DNA from: Ophelia neglecta
Lineage: Eukaryota
DNA: 64,000 bases
Direction: 5' to 3'
Assembly: GCA_965285935.1 (NCBI GenBank)
Contig: OZ260665.1
Location: 66,092,001-66,156,000 of the forward strand
Under the pieces are notes generated by a model. That model was not told where the DNA came from and ran no database searches. It saw only the letters and a list, made by a program, of their open reading frames with translations. The position numbers were made by a program, and so were the translations under genes. Below, piece by piece: positions 1 through 14,389 of the stretch (position 1 is the stretch's first letter; every line of letters begins with the position of its first letter).

Positions 1-3000
1 AATGTACATGTATATAATGTGCGATTTGGTAAGATATTTGACAGATTATTTTTGATTAATAGACTAGTACAAATATGCCATTGAATTAATTTGGTCCTAA
101 TAATGGAAAAATGATCCCAATTATGAAATTATATTCAATTTCAGTTAATAATGTTTATCATATTATATGCAATTCAAAAAATAAGATTTTCTTTAAAAAG
201 GATGTGCTAAGCATAGACACTTGACTTTTCACTTTGAACAAAATGCCTTATACAATGAAATTTTGTGTGTGAAATTCCAGTGCTCATATTATGTGAGCTA
301 GCGCATAGAAAACGGATTAAGTTGGATACATTTGCCCAACCCAGATCATTGCGATGGGTTTGCTTTATATATTAAAGAACAATAACAAAATCTTGTGTTA
401 CAGTACATGAACTGTGGTCTATGATTTGTTTAGCTTTTATTTAATGGGTTTAACTATGTAGACTAATCACTGCTCGCCAAGAGAGGCATTTCAAGACAAA
501 TTTGATACTTGTCCAGATTAAGGATTAGCCCCACTTGACCTAACACAGCTTGTTTGTGAGCCTTACCTGCAGGTCTGTCAAGGTGTTCAAAGCTTTGAAA
601 TGTGTATTTTATGAAATATTATAAGAGTCAGTTATGGAACAGTTAAGGAAGAGGTTTCATTCTTTACTCCTTGTGAGCTAATGAACCTATGCCATTTTGG
701 CATTTTATAAGAAAAGATTTTATATGTATTTACATGTAATTGTACCTGTCCATGGATTATTTTCATAATATAAGTTGTTGGAAAACCATGATGTATATAA
801 GAAAGTTTAATCGAAGAAAATTAAATATTTATGACCTTTAGTTTTATTTGAAGAGGTGTTATTTGATTGCTTTATTGTGTCAATTTAATTAACCACAATT
901 TCAGTGTTTAACTTCCTGTTGTATTTGGCTCAAACAGTCTTTGAAAAAATATGGTTATTTATACCCCCTCCCCCCTTAAGTGAACCTCTTAATATTTCCA
1001 TCAGAGCTATCCATGTGGTAAAATAAAATATGAAACATTTATACGTCATCAATTGAAGTGTGATTCTGGTGTTTAATTTACTGTAGTATGCTATTGAACA
1101 TTGAATCCAGTACATGTGTTTGTACTCCTGTTAAAGAATCAAGAACATAGTCACAGGCAAATTGAAATGGTGCTTTAACCTAGTTGAATATATTCAATGA
1201 AATGATCATATAAATTAAGTGTAAGGTTCATTATAACATAGCCAGTTAAGATGATAAACATGAAAATGATGAACTTGGATATGTAAATGAATTCAGTGAT
1301 TGCTTAATCATAAGCTGATGTAAGAGGTCTTATCATCATGGCATGGGAGCTATATTTTATATAACATCATTTATAACCTTAAATTTCAGCACTTTTACTT
1401 TTATTATTAATGCTAGCACACATGAATGTGTTTACAGTATCTGGGTAAATCAGGAGTGACACACACTGGCTCTGATTTAACATGACAATACTGTGCTGGT
1501 GAACAGAACTACATATTGGCATACGAGTTTCCAAGTTGCATTGATTGACCAGCACATCGGTAATGATGTTACTCATTGTATAGGTGCAATGTGGATGTAC
1601 AGTTACATAGGGGCCTTAGATATGCATGTAGTTCTTTTTCATGTGGATATTATTCTGTCATGTTTACATTTATAAAAAAAAAACATGAATTTAAGTTACT
1701 GACTTAAAGTATACAGATACTGTGGGAGTGGCATATTTCTTGCTATTTAATAATTTGTCAAAGTGCTTTGCAGGATATTTAGCAGTCAAGCATTCAATAA
1801 AAAGTGTCATGTGGTAAACAATTCAATGTGCCAACGTTTAATTTTACTACGAATGCATTGCCTTACCGATATGTGGATTAATATTCTGAGTAACATTTTG
1901 ATACCTGCAGTAGTGTTTAATGCATACATATGTATTGTACCTATTTCAATGTAAAAGTATTATTATTTATTGCTTCATTTTGCTTCACCATATTACTAAT
2001 AGTGTGTAGTGTTCAAGCAGAATTGTCAGCCAGTAGAATAGTGAGTAAAAGTAAAGGCTAGGAAAGTTGTCATAATGAGGGGTAACAGAGGGGAGAGGAG
2101 GGCGATAAAATTATTACAAAGAGTACCAACAGATATATTTTTTGCTGTTCGGCTAAGCCCTGTAGCTAAGAAGAGGCATCTTAGCCCGGTACTGCATGGG
2201 CCATTCACCATTTGGCTAGAACACTGCACATGAAAAATTATCTGAGAAAATCAGCCAAAATCCAGGGTTTGTGCCTTAAAAATCTCAGTTTATCAACAGT
2301 GGGGTTTTGGAAATTCTTATTACAAGAACTATACTTGGCATTACATATTTTTACAGAAAATTCTATCCATGAAATGCCCTCTATAACTTGTCTAGTGAAA
2401 GTTGGTTTCTTTTACTTGCTGATTAAGTAATTCGTTAATGCAGAAATGTGCAAGTAATGTGCTGGGGAACATTTTCTGGAGGCAAGGGTATGAGAGGACT
2501 TTTTTTAAAGCTGGGTCTGTAGTTGCTGTAGGTCAAGGTGACACACAGGCAGTCCTTAACCTGACTGACCTCGGACTCTAATCAGCACTCATGATAATTT
2601 TGTTGAAGTACATTTTAATTATTAACTAATCTGTCATCCTGTTTGTTATCATCGACAAATTTATTCTGACTTTGATAAAAAGAGACACTATCAGAATCAA
2701 TATGGCAGTCAATGTAAATTGTTACTTAACAAATTTTATTAACTGGTGTAGCCTTGTGGTTGGGATGACGATTGTACAAGTTACATTTTACTGGTAACTT
2801 TTTATTCCTGAAACTGTCTACCTGTTTTTCAGACAAAACAATCTTCTGCAAGAGAGATGTACTCTTTTTATCTACTCTCTCTGCCTCACCGCAGTTGAAT
2901 ACACATCTAAACAGCATACTTGTATAACAACCTGTACACTCATGATTCTTTTTCCCCAAAAGGTAGGATGAAATATAGATGTATCTTATATATAGTTATA

Positions 3001-5806
3001 GGACATCAAGACCTTAAGAAAAGTCAGTGAGGCATGACTAGCTTATGCCTTGCTCTGGCAGATAAGATATTTGTCTATTTATTTTCAGAATCCCTTGTTT
3101 GCACAAGGTGGCGTGCCAGATTTATACTTTCGTGACTTTGCTGTTTTCCATTTCATATGCAAACAAAGACACAAGTTGTACGTGGAGATCTGGTGAATGC
3201 TACAGCCTAGTGTTTTACAATGTCAACAATAACAGGCTCCTAACATTGTTACACAGCTACTGCTGCATACAGCTGTTACACATGTAAAAAAAAACACTGG
3301 TATAGGTGTGATGCCTGCAGGCCATTTATTGTAACATTTGTATCATGTAAATGTCGGTCTGCATGACTGCCACAGTAACCTTTATGAACTTGCATCTATA
3401 AAAATTTCTTTTTCATAAATGATAGCATTGACAAACTTGTTCAAGCTTTGGTAACGGTCCCCTTCTTGATTTTCACGTAGAGGTTCTGTGTGGTCATATG
3501 GGAGTACTGTAGTGTCATACATGCACCTGATCATGTACATGTACATAACAATTGCCTTTAATGAATAGAGGTATAAACTAGTAAGGCTAAACCAGTGGCA
3601 TTTCACTCCTCCTTCTCATAGTTGAAGTGGGGCTAGCATCATTATTTGGGCTCATCCTATGACCTTACCAGCGGCTCCAGGTGTGTGGTTAATTTGCCGT
3701 GTTAGCTAATTGCAAACCACCATAGAAGTCAAAAGTAAACATCTGTTGTCTGTCAGACACTTTCTGGTTCTACTATAATTACAACCACTCCTGTTAGGAA
3801 CATGTACATATATATGTAAAACAAAACAATGAACATAAAAAATGAAATGAAAGAGTTACATGAAGCGAGCCCATTTTTTAAGCATCTATCCCTGATACAA
3901 TAAATTATGTGTGTTTCATTGAGAAATATTTTGCCCCCCATTAACTGCTCTCATTGAAATGTCAGGTGACAGACACATCAGTTGAGAAGACTGAAAGCAG
4001 TGAGGTCATGCTTTATCCAACTATATATATTTGGTATATACACATTAGTCTTTTAATGGTAATGGCTTTGTGAACTTTGGAAGTGTTTTGAAAATATGAG
4101 AGAATGCTTAATAAAGTTGTCCCTATATTGTCCTGAACTTACAAGATGCTCTTAATGGGGAAATATGTCTCCTTTACATGGTTGTCAGCAAATGCTTAAT
4201 TTAATGGCACACCTCCTGTCCATGGATGGTAGATGGGCTATTTAATTTTCATATACTTTCAAAACAAAATGTATAATTTTATACCAGTTGGTAGTGTTGG
4301 CTAAGTGAAGAAAATGTTATTTTCTAACCTTTATGCCAAAATAAAAATCCAGCTTATAACTTGACAATTACTTTATACAATGCTTGGGTAAATTTGCACT
4401 TTACCAGACACAGTCGATTATTACCAAACCAAAAACTTGGAATCCCAATTTTTTTGTCAAATTGAAGGTAAGACATTCAACCAGTTAAAAAAAATTCAAT
4501 ACCATTAGTCTGGTCAAACTTAATGTTTAGATGCACTTATTTTGTACCAATCCTTATAAGATGGTGAGGCGTGTATCGACTTCTCCCCATCTCTCCTGGA
4601 CGTGGCAGACTGATCCCAGGTGTACCATAAAGTGACACAGATTACACCAAGACAACACATACTAGTTCATTCTATAAACATGTATTTCTCCATAAATGTA
4701 CAGTAAATGTCATAGCTTTTCTTAAGCTTTCAGAAGATATTTTCCAACAGGAAACAGAGAGAGGAGCAATTGAATCAAATCATCAAAAAGTATCCTGCAG
4801 ATACTCAATGAAAACGTGTATATATATTTTATACCAACAGGTTTTCATGCGGCAGGATACTAATATAGTCTGTAATTTGTGAGATTGACATCCGAATGGC
4901 TTGGGTTGAAGTATCATTGAAAGTTGCTTGTCTTAAAATTTCAACTCGGAGCTATTTATGCTTCACTGAATCACAATGAGAAAATGTAGTTATATACTTT
5001 ATTTTCATGCATCGAAAGTAAAGCTAGTCATGATCGTACAGACAATACTATTTTCATTCACACCTAATATCACAATCATTGGGCTGGGTACAGATGAATA
5101 TGTCCTTTTATCAGGGTCATTATAGTCAGAAATGCTTGCAGCTTTGAAGGACATACTTAAAGTTCCAAGTAAATGTATAATTTACTGTTATGAAGAGTGT
5201 TAGCCACAACACATGGTAACAATACTGGGTCTCCCTCAGTCACTCGGCCATACAGGTACATGAATCACCGCTCAGGCTAAAAACTGGAAATGTTAATAAA
5301 ACACTTGTTATACCTGTTTTGGTATGATTTTTAACCTAAGTATTAACAATTAGGAAAGTTCAGAAACTGTACAACTAAAGAGAACACTTTTTGGTTTTAA
5401 TTTATTATACCTATTGAAGCCAATATGCTCTGTTAAAAGTTAATACAGTAACTAGGTATGGCACATGATTTAGTACATGTAATTATTTGTTGACACTTTG
5501 AATGAATAATGATAGACATTCTTATTTCCCCACCTATAGAAACGCAGTATATAACCAGAGGTTGGAAATGGAAAGTATGTTTTTTCGCTGAACCATATTC
5601 AGCTTTATTAATCGGTGATAACCCATTTGTCATGGAGCTATGGGTCATCTGTAATCAGAATCTATTATTTTCGAGTGTTTGTATGTAGCGAGTTATGCGA
5701 GTATTTACCTTGTAGAGAGCTGAGCCTATAGACCGAGGTAGATAAAGGTGATATCAGAGTGCCTTGTCATTGGTCTCCTTTGATGACCATTGATAAGCCC
5801 AGTAAG

Positions 5807-7108
5807 CACAGGTACGCGAGGCGTCTATCCCCTACTACCTATAGATAACTAAAGGTTTGCAACTTCGCTGTGCGCCCAGTGTTAACACCCCACCGCTACA
5901 CTAGCAACTTGTCGGTCCAAGTATTAGGCCACCGATATCGCATCTAAGTCGTGTTTCTCGGCTGCCTTAACAATGTTTGCCAATAAATTCCAAACAATGA
6001 TTATCTATGCGAACCCTTTGTGTGTTTTAGTCCACTTTAATACCATTTCGAGCCATTTCTGGCACTCGTTCAGTAATTTTCGCCAAATATCAATGGTAAG
6101 TTGCTTGCCTGTCAAGATCGACCTTCAGCGTAACCAGGCAGGCCCGCCACATACAGCAGCCACGTAGTACATAGATAGCCTATTGCCCATTGGTCGACCT
6201 AGGTTGAAGTCAATCTCGTTAACCTAATGTTTGTCACAGGTTTCACTCAGACGTTTCACTGTCTACTGGGGCAACAATGTCTCTTAGCTATTTGCAATTA
6301 ACCTATTCATTGATTTGATTGATTCTGATCAAATCAATCAAGCCTATTTTGGCCAACTTATTACACGAAGGTCGACAGAATGTCTCTGTGTGTGTGTGTG
6401 TGTGGAGGGGGGGGGGGGGGGGGCAGGCAATTGATACGATCTCTAACAGGGGGGGGGGGGGGGTATTGATATTTACACAGTTTCACCTTGCAATAGGGAG
6501 ATGAGTAGACAAGTAAACAGGTAAATGTCCGAATCGTTCGTAAAATGTTGTTGTTGGGTCTCCATTCAAGATGGCGGTTCGATCCCATGATACACGGCGA
6601 TCAGTAATAAAATGCTTATTATAAAATATTTACCCATTCTATGTTTTTGTATTTATGCACACAAATTCCGAATCGGCAAACTCATCGAAAAGAAATAGTG
6701 GTTTATTTACCAGTATTTTATTTTGGAAAAATATTAAAGTTACGAGTCTGACCAATCAGCGGCCGCATCAGAGTCGAGCCCGGTGTCGCCGACTTGTTGA
6801 CAAAGATGGACGGTCTCCCATGGCTTGAGCCGTACTTAGACACGGTAAAATATGAATGGGTAGCTCGGATATGATTACTTTTAATCGGGACAGCTTCATT
6901 ATGGACCAAAAAGAACACACGTTCGAATTAGTTGCTTTTGTGATACTTTTATTTCCTGAAAGTGGCGTTGTCTGCCGAAAATCACTGCTGGAGTTATATA
7001 TATCGCGAAGTACAGCTTGGACCGACAAGTTGCGTGCCTTGCAGCAGCGAAGTTGCAAACCTTTAGTTATCTATAGGTAGTAGGGGATAGACGCCTCGCG
7101 TACCTGTG
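5807..7108. mobile_element. Non-autonomous DNA transposon, 1302 bp, 64-bp perfect TIRs, 8-bp TSD; P-element-like (hAT not excluded)
   Basis: TIRs at 5807-5870 and 7045-7108 (CACAGGTACGCGAGGCG...); TSD CCAGTAAG at 5799-5806 and 7109-7116; a second 18-bp inverted pair at 5904-5921 and 7016-7033; CpG-rich; no transposase ORF. The CANRG terminus plus 8-bp TSD suggests the P superfamily. Confidence 0.9.
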
Positions 7109-10100
7109 CCAGTAAGGGAAGTCTACTGATATAGAATTTGTCATTCAACTTACACAATGTAGTAGTTTGTAAACCCAAGACATGATGTGTCAACCTAACC
7201 TTGTATTTATGGTGGTTTAGAACTCATCTTAAATGAGAAAAGGTTTATTAATATATTTTGTATGCATTAAATAGCTTGTTTTTGTGAGGAATATTCAAGT
7301 AAGGTAGAAATTAGAAAACATCAATTGTTCTTAAAAAAATACTCAATGAACTGTGCCTAGATGGACTGTGTCCTTCTTAAGCCATTTTTTGAATTGAACC
7401 TATTGAAAATCCAGATGGGCATAGCCATATGAGAAAACCAAGTTTGTTGAAAGATATTCAGACTGTCACTTTATTTGTTGAAAGGAATTCAGACTGTCAT
7501 TTTATTTAATGGAATTGACTTGCTTTCAGTCATTTCAACAAAGGTGTTTTCATGGATAAAAGTAGGTATATAGTAAGAGAGTACCCCCTGCTTCTGAAGT
7601 GTATTGTGATGGCCTGTACAATGATCCTTTTTTCTGACAACTCTTCGACAAAGCAAATAAAAATCTAAAACATTTTAACACCAGCTGGAAAAACCTGAAT
7701 TTGAAGCACTTTTGGTTTTAAATAGCAATGATATTTTTCTGTTTTTTTTTGTTCAGTCTTTCAAAGGATGGATTCCTATTGTTAACAGATTGTAGGTATG
7801 GCTAAAGTTTCATGTCTATAGAGTAGCCCACAGTGTCCCCCCTCTCACCTTCTCCCCCCTCACCTCCTCACCTCTCACCTCCTTGGGACAACAGGCTGTT
7901 TGTATGACTGGCTTCTTTGGGGGATTGTTTTACCTTTTTTTCATGTATTTTTGGTATTTTACCACTTTCCTTCTCATTCTAGATAAGGCTTTTTGCAGAA
8001 TTGTATTTGAATCATTATCATGTATCGCAGCATGTAGGTTGCTACTGGCTGTGTCAAACCTAGATCCAGCACCCTGACTTTCTGACTACCTTCACTCCAT
8101 GAGAGTTGGGCAATATGAACTTTATTCTAAACTTTGTCACAGACAATAATTATTGGTTAGACATCCTTAGACAGCCATTGTAATAATTACAGCATATGCC
8201 GGTACAGGGAATTGTCCACATTAAGTAATTCTCATACCAGTATGAATTGATTTAGTGATTAATACACAATGTTTACAGGTATGTGACATAAATTATTAGA
8301 ATGTCATTCCTGGTCAATGACATAAAATTATATCATAGGGTACCAGTACAAAACAAAACGAATTACAATCAGATAGCTGGAGACTGTTATTAAGATTAAG
8401 TTGGACTTAATATGTTTTAAACAAAGATCATGATTAGGAGATCATTGTATTTTATGTCCATGTACATGTACTTAAGCCGTACAGGTAGTTGTTTCCTAGC
8501 TGGGGGTGGTATTTGGTTTCTATATTTACCTTTCTAGTGGTTGATAGAGAGCTTTGCGTCAGCCTTTAACCAGACTGACTTACAGCACAGAGAAATAGAA
8601 CCCGTTTGACATGCTGTACACACCTGACCTACTGTGTTGATGTATTGTTTTGATTGATATCGATCCAAGCTACATTATAGGTGATCCATAGCCATGAGTA
8701 GCTCAGGATAGGTTGGAATTTCAACTATTATCTGCATGATTATAAATGATTAGGTAATCTTATATAAATATACATGCTCAATACTTCCTCCTTGGATATT
8801 TAATTATTGCTTGTATTAATATTTGCTATGAATTATCAGGATAATTACAAAAAATGAATGTTAAATTCAGTATCCAATGACAAGGCTATACTTAATGTTC
8901 TTTCCACATGGTTAGCTTATACATGTACATGACTTGTATTACAAGTGACACTTTTAACCAAATTTGATGGCCCTTATACATGTTGTTGATGGGAGCCCTC
9001 CATAGTTTGTCAGTGATGCTCAATCTAGCCGGAGTCAAGTCCTGTTGATAAGTAGCTATATCTAACTGTTATAATATTAGACTTAGTAATTATAATGCTA
9101 TTTTGCATGTATTACCCAGGCACATACACAGTAGACAACCTTCACATAATTACAGCTGAAACTACCATACATGTACATGTCTTGTAAAAAATACAAAGAG
9201 AGTTTGGTACTGATCTGTATTAAACTTAAAGCATATATACTGTCCAAAGGCACAGACTAAGGCCTCTCCACATGCCTGTATTTATTTTAGTCACCATGGA
9301 AACAGCAAAGTACTTTTGCTGAAAGTCTCACCACACACTCAACACAAGTGAGAGCATTCATGAGTTGCTGACAACTCTGCCAGACTCTTTACTCTGTTAA
9401 ATGCAATAAATGTTCTCCCTTGGGGATTTAGACAGATTTTATCATGTAAAATGTTGCCTGTCCTCCAAAGCTCAGATAGGCATGAACTACTAGTGCTACT
9501 GGGCCATTGTTGATTTATTTAAAGACACATGCTGTAATACAGTTTTCTACATGATATTGGATGGATAGAATATTCTTCTTATAATATTCCAGCCTGTTGT
9601 TAATTGGGTGAACAGTAGAATTGACAAAAGGTCATGACATGAGTTGTACATGCATGTATATGAAAGCCATTGAACATTATATCGACTTTGAGTGCTTCTG
9701 ACAATGTAATAAAATCCTCTCACTCCCTGCAAGCCGTAGTTGTCGGTTCTATGAGAGTGTTTTCCTCATCATTTTAATTGTTTAACATTAATTAATACAT
9801 GTTTCGGGTTGAGTTCCACCTTAATAGAACATCATGTTCTGTAAACATAAATGTTGAAACTCTCACTGTCAGCCTTAAATGTTAAGTGCAAGGCCAGTCC
9901 CGGATGGAAACTAAACAAAATTTTTGTTCCAATTAGCAGGAGGCTTGTCCTGTTTTGTTGTTGACCATAATGCGGCACTGCTGTCCTTAATTGAAGCTGC
10001 TTTATGTGCTCTTTGTGAGGGGAAAGAATGCTCTGATGGGCACATGATGGTCCTATTGCATGATATAGTATCCAATAGGCTCCAAAAACAGCCAACCAAA

Positions 10101-10452
10101 TTGGCAAAACCAACACGATAAGTGGTCGTATTTTTGCTAAGATTTTTTTTTATGGCAAATTTATGGTGGAAGCATTATTAATATTCTGTACACAGGTTCA
10201 GTCCAGTCCAGCTCACTCTTATATCAAGTGTCATTATATTAGTATCCCTCTCCCCCCCCCCCCCTCTCACATACCCACAGCTACTGTGATGAAGCAGACC
10301 CACTCATATATCAGGTGTGATTATAATGGTTGCTCCCGTTAACTTCAACTGCTCATTTATACTGTGATATTGTCAGCCCACTGATATAAGGTATGATTAT
10401 TACAGTATCTCCCTATGCTCCCAGCTACTCAACTGTACTTTAATACTCCTGC

Positions 10453-10727
10453 TCTACTCACAAGTCATAATTATCATGTTTTGCATTGTATGGCAAATTC
10501 TGAAACTTTGAAAGAATAATTCTCATATTTTTTCTGGTTTTAGAACTGCAATAAAAAACAGTGACAAGTGTAGATTACATTTTATCCCTATCTACTCACA
10601 AGTCATAATTATCATGTTTTGCATTGTATGGCAAATTCTGAAACTTTGAAGGAATAATTCTGTTATTTTTCTGGTTTTAGAACTGCAATAAAAAACAGTG
10701 ACAAGTGTAGATTACATTTTATCCCTA
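10453..10727. repeat. Local tandem duplication, 2 x about 138 bp
   Basis: tctactcacaagtcataatt...tttatcccta occurs at 10453-10590 and 10591-10727 with only a few differences. Confidence 0.9.
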
Positions 10728-12315
10728 TCTCTTAAATGTATAAGTCAAGTGCCAGAGTGTGCATATTTCATACTACTTGCAACATTTAAAAAACCATACC
10801 TCTCCAGGATGGCTGGGGACCCCCCTAATATTATTTGTCTTATTTTCTTCTTCTATATAGCAGACTACTAATGTGGCAAAGAGCTGTTTTATTTATGAGT
10901 AGTCTTTTACCTTCTAGAATACTGTTGGCCAACAATATTTAATGTCATCCCTTCTGGAATCAATATAGAAGCGAATGGAAATTTGCAAAGAGATCAAATA
11001 TGCCTAAGCCACCGTTTGATAGCCAGCCAGTTTTTTCATATGCAGAGAGGGGATTGCCACAAATGAGGAGGGTAGGGAAACAATAAACCTTTCATGCGAC
11101 AAGTAAGTGAAGCACAGCTGAAAAATGGGACTGCTGAGTTTGCAAGGAAAAGTAGTATAGTGTCTATGCCCTTTATGTAAAACTCTGACTGCATACAGGA
11201 ATTTTTTAGCAATTTTTGCCACAATTGTACAATCCATGTATATTAAGAGCTTGCAAAAAAATGAATCCTTTACAGAATTATCAACTTTATTAAGAACTTC
11301 TACGTGGCAAATTGCATGTTGAGAACTTAATTTTGAATGAAGTATATCATTGAATAAGACGTCTGTGCAGAGCACCATTTGACATGAACACTGTAGTTAT
11401 TTTTATGTGCAAATTCAAACAGAAATATGGAGTCAAACTGAAAAGTTTACTGGCAATTTGATAAAGTCCTAGATGTACCTGGATCTCAATCTCACTTTTC
11501 ATAATTTTTTTTATTAAAGATAATAATCAAGAATGTTATTGAAAGTATTGTCATACACACAAAATTTATAAACAAATGTAGATGTGTCCCATAAAAACCT
11601 TTATTCCTAAGAATTGTTGTTCTCCACAGAGTCATGTCTTTTTTTTGTTTTTTTACTTTTGCAAAGAAAACAATTTAAGGCTGTCGGTTAGATGATATTT
11701 TTGAAAGCTGCTCTAACAGGTTGATGATTAATAACACTAAAATGTGGCTGATCAGTTTTAACATGGTATTGTCTGTCTGAAAAACTGTGATAAAAATATT
11801 TGAAACCTTTGAGAAGTACATGTAAAATACCAGTTTTCAAACTCACACACTGTTGTGTTTTAGGTGCTTACTGGTTTTTTATGTACCAAACAGCTGATGC
11901 ATAATAGTAAAGGTCTTGGAGGACTAGGTAGACAAACATTACAACTCACGAGCCCAGACAGGACAGGTTACTGTCACTACACCTTAAATGGCATTTTTAC
12001 ACCCAGATCTTTCAACAGATAAGTTTTATAGTGTGTTTTACCAAGGAAAATTTATATCTGAATTGAGGACCAACACAAGGTTGTCTTTTTTGCTTCCTCT
12101 CAGTTCATTGTTAGGATTTTACGCTTTACTAAGTCTAAGTTTACTAAGATGTTCCAACCAGGTTTATTTAATGGCCATGGAAAAGTGATTCTTTTGTAGA
12201 CTGTAGCTCTTTAGAAGAAAAATGTTAATAGAAATAACATTTTTAAGGTCCTTGTTGTGTATGCTTGACTGAAGGAGTGTTAAATTGCTTGTTGATGTGA
12301 TTATTAATATTATTA

Positions 12316-12493
12316 CAGTGAAACCTGCCTTAAAGACCACCTCTATAATCAGACCACCCGTCAATTCAGACCACTAATATGAGGACTGTGATGTATACTT
12401 TCAATGTTAAATAACCTGTCTAAAAAGACCACCTCTGAAATTAGACCAGTATTTTCCAGTCCCTTGGGTGGTCTTAATTCAAAGGTTTCACTG
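12316..12493. mobile_element. Tc1/mariner (pogo/Tigger-like) MITE, 178 bp
   Basis: TA|CAGTGAAACCT ... AGGTTTCACTG|TA termini (TA TSD); internal sub-repeats AAGACCACCTCT / AGACCAC and one inverted GGTGGTCTT. Confidence 0.88.
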
Positions 12494-14261
12494 TACTTGG
12501 TTCAGACATACAGTTGTTTTTGTATCCGGCAAGGTTCCGCCTCGTTTCCATATTCCCAATGAAAGCACTTTCCTTGAGGCTGTTTTGGTATATAATTGAA
12601 AACTGTTCGTTTTCTTTTATTCTCTTCAATAATGAATAATGATTGAAGCTAAGTGGTTGGGCCTGCTAGTCTACTTGGCCTTCCTGGGGACATATCAGAA
12701 ATTTTGAAGGTGACACCTTAGGTCAGAACAAAAATTATTCATAATCAAAGACAAAGCCATGCTAGGGACAAGCTTACAAAACACTGCTGGACTACAACAC
12801 ACTGGAGAATATTGTAATGAATAAATCTACAATATAGCAGAACACTTTCTTTGTGTGGAGGCAGAGGTGGAATGTGTGAGAATCGCCAGACCACATTGCC
12901 CAGTATTTATATGATCATACTAGGCACATTGTCAGTACCTGTGCTTGGTTAAGCTCCAGTGCTGGGTGACATTAAAGAGTTGTATGAGAAAAGGAGACAG
13001 CTATGTAATTTTTGTATGAGAAAAGGAGAGAGCTATGTAATATCAGATGTTGGCTTCCCACTGGAGCCTTCTTATCAAAGATACACACTACAGGCAATAT
13101 CACTTGTAAGTTGTATCACTCAGAGGTGCACTACATTCTAGTTTTGCTGCCATTCTTTGCTGCATAAATTGGCTCTCAGGAATCAATGGGACCAAAAAAC
13201 TCGTCTTTTATCTCTGGGGAATGTGCTACTCACCTTAATTACAGTGCAATACTGATGAATACCACTGGCTAATTGTAACCTAGCTATCAGAAGAATATAT
13301 ATTGTAGTCATAAAAGCCTCAGGGAAGCTCTGTATCTGTCCTAGAAATGATATATATATATACATGTACCTTACATGCATACATGTGATTGTAAACTTTG
13401 GTCATCTGACTTTTAAAGCCAAGAGCACATATATATATTTTTAAGCTTATACATTTAACATGTTTCTATTTTGCCCTTCTGCAATTAAAGTAACTTATTT
13501 TTGGTAGCAAATTTCCATTGTTGATATAAAGCATTTCTTCTTTGTCTCCACAATTGTGCCTGACTTCTTTATATTCATGACCAGCTTATTGCCTGAGGCA
13601 GACTGCCTCCAGTCATCTCAGCTCCGTCTAAGATAGTTGTAGACAATCGCCCTCACAGACAGTCTTCTCTGTCTGCAGGAATGATTCATTGTGCTTTACA
13701 GTTGAGCGACTTGGTCCCTAGGGTGTGTCTTCTTACTGTAAAAAACTCTCCAAGTGAAATCACTGAAACCGGAATATATATATGTACGTTTTACTCCTAT
13801 ATTATGGAGATTAAAGAAAAACATGCGTGTTTAAGTTATTTCACATTTCTGCTACCGTTGAAGGAAGACTAGTTAGTACAATAAAAGAAAGGTGATTGTC
13901 AGATTGTATATTGGTACTCGGTGGAGAAAAATGGCTTGATATTCGTATGGGGTGAAAAAATGCCTGTTTTTATCCTCACAAAGTTGTACTGTAACTGCTT
14001 CAGTAAGTAGCGCAATCTGGCGTAATCTGTTGGGAAATGGTGTAAAATAGACTATGAAGTAGTGTATTGTGATAAACAAAATATGGGTAGCACACTGTTT
14101 CCCAAACTACTTAAACTTGGTTTTTTTTTTGTAAGTGGTATGTGATATCAGCACTGGATTGATGATGTGTGAAAAGTAGTAACCTATAACTCTTCAGATG
14201 ATAGAAGTTTGTTGGTAATTAGCCGCCAGTTCCTAATTGGAGTGTGTTACCTATTTTACAG

Positions 14262-14389
14262 GACTTGGACCTAATTTATTCTTTTCTCCATGGTATGGAA
14301 GCACTCTCCAGCCTGAGGGAAGCAGCTCTGAGGTGTGTCTGTGCCTCTGCTAAATATGAATTCCATGATGCCAATGACATTTTATACTG
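14262..14389 (+). CDS. RAPGEF2: RAPGEF2/6 coding exon (DLDLIYSFLHGMEALSSLREAALRCVCASAKYEFHDANDILY), first cNMP-binding-like domain
   Basis: Acceptor ctattttacAG at 14260-61, donor GTAAGT at 14390; 128 nt, phase 0 to 2; resembles RAPGEF6 DLNTIYSYLHGMEILSNLREHQLR. Confidence 0.92.

Noticed and set aside
7757-7795. Upstream coding exon candidate
   Set aside because: Splice-like borders, but no frame resembles the RAPGEF2/6 N-terminus; at most a UTR exon.
11004-11378. 124-aa minus-strand ORF
   Set aside because: No recognisable domain, AT-rich, non-ATG start and no splice support.
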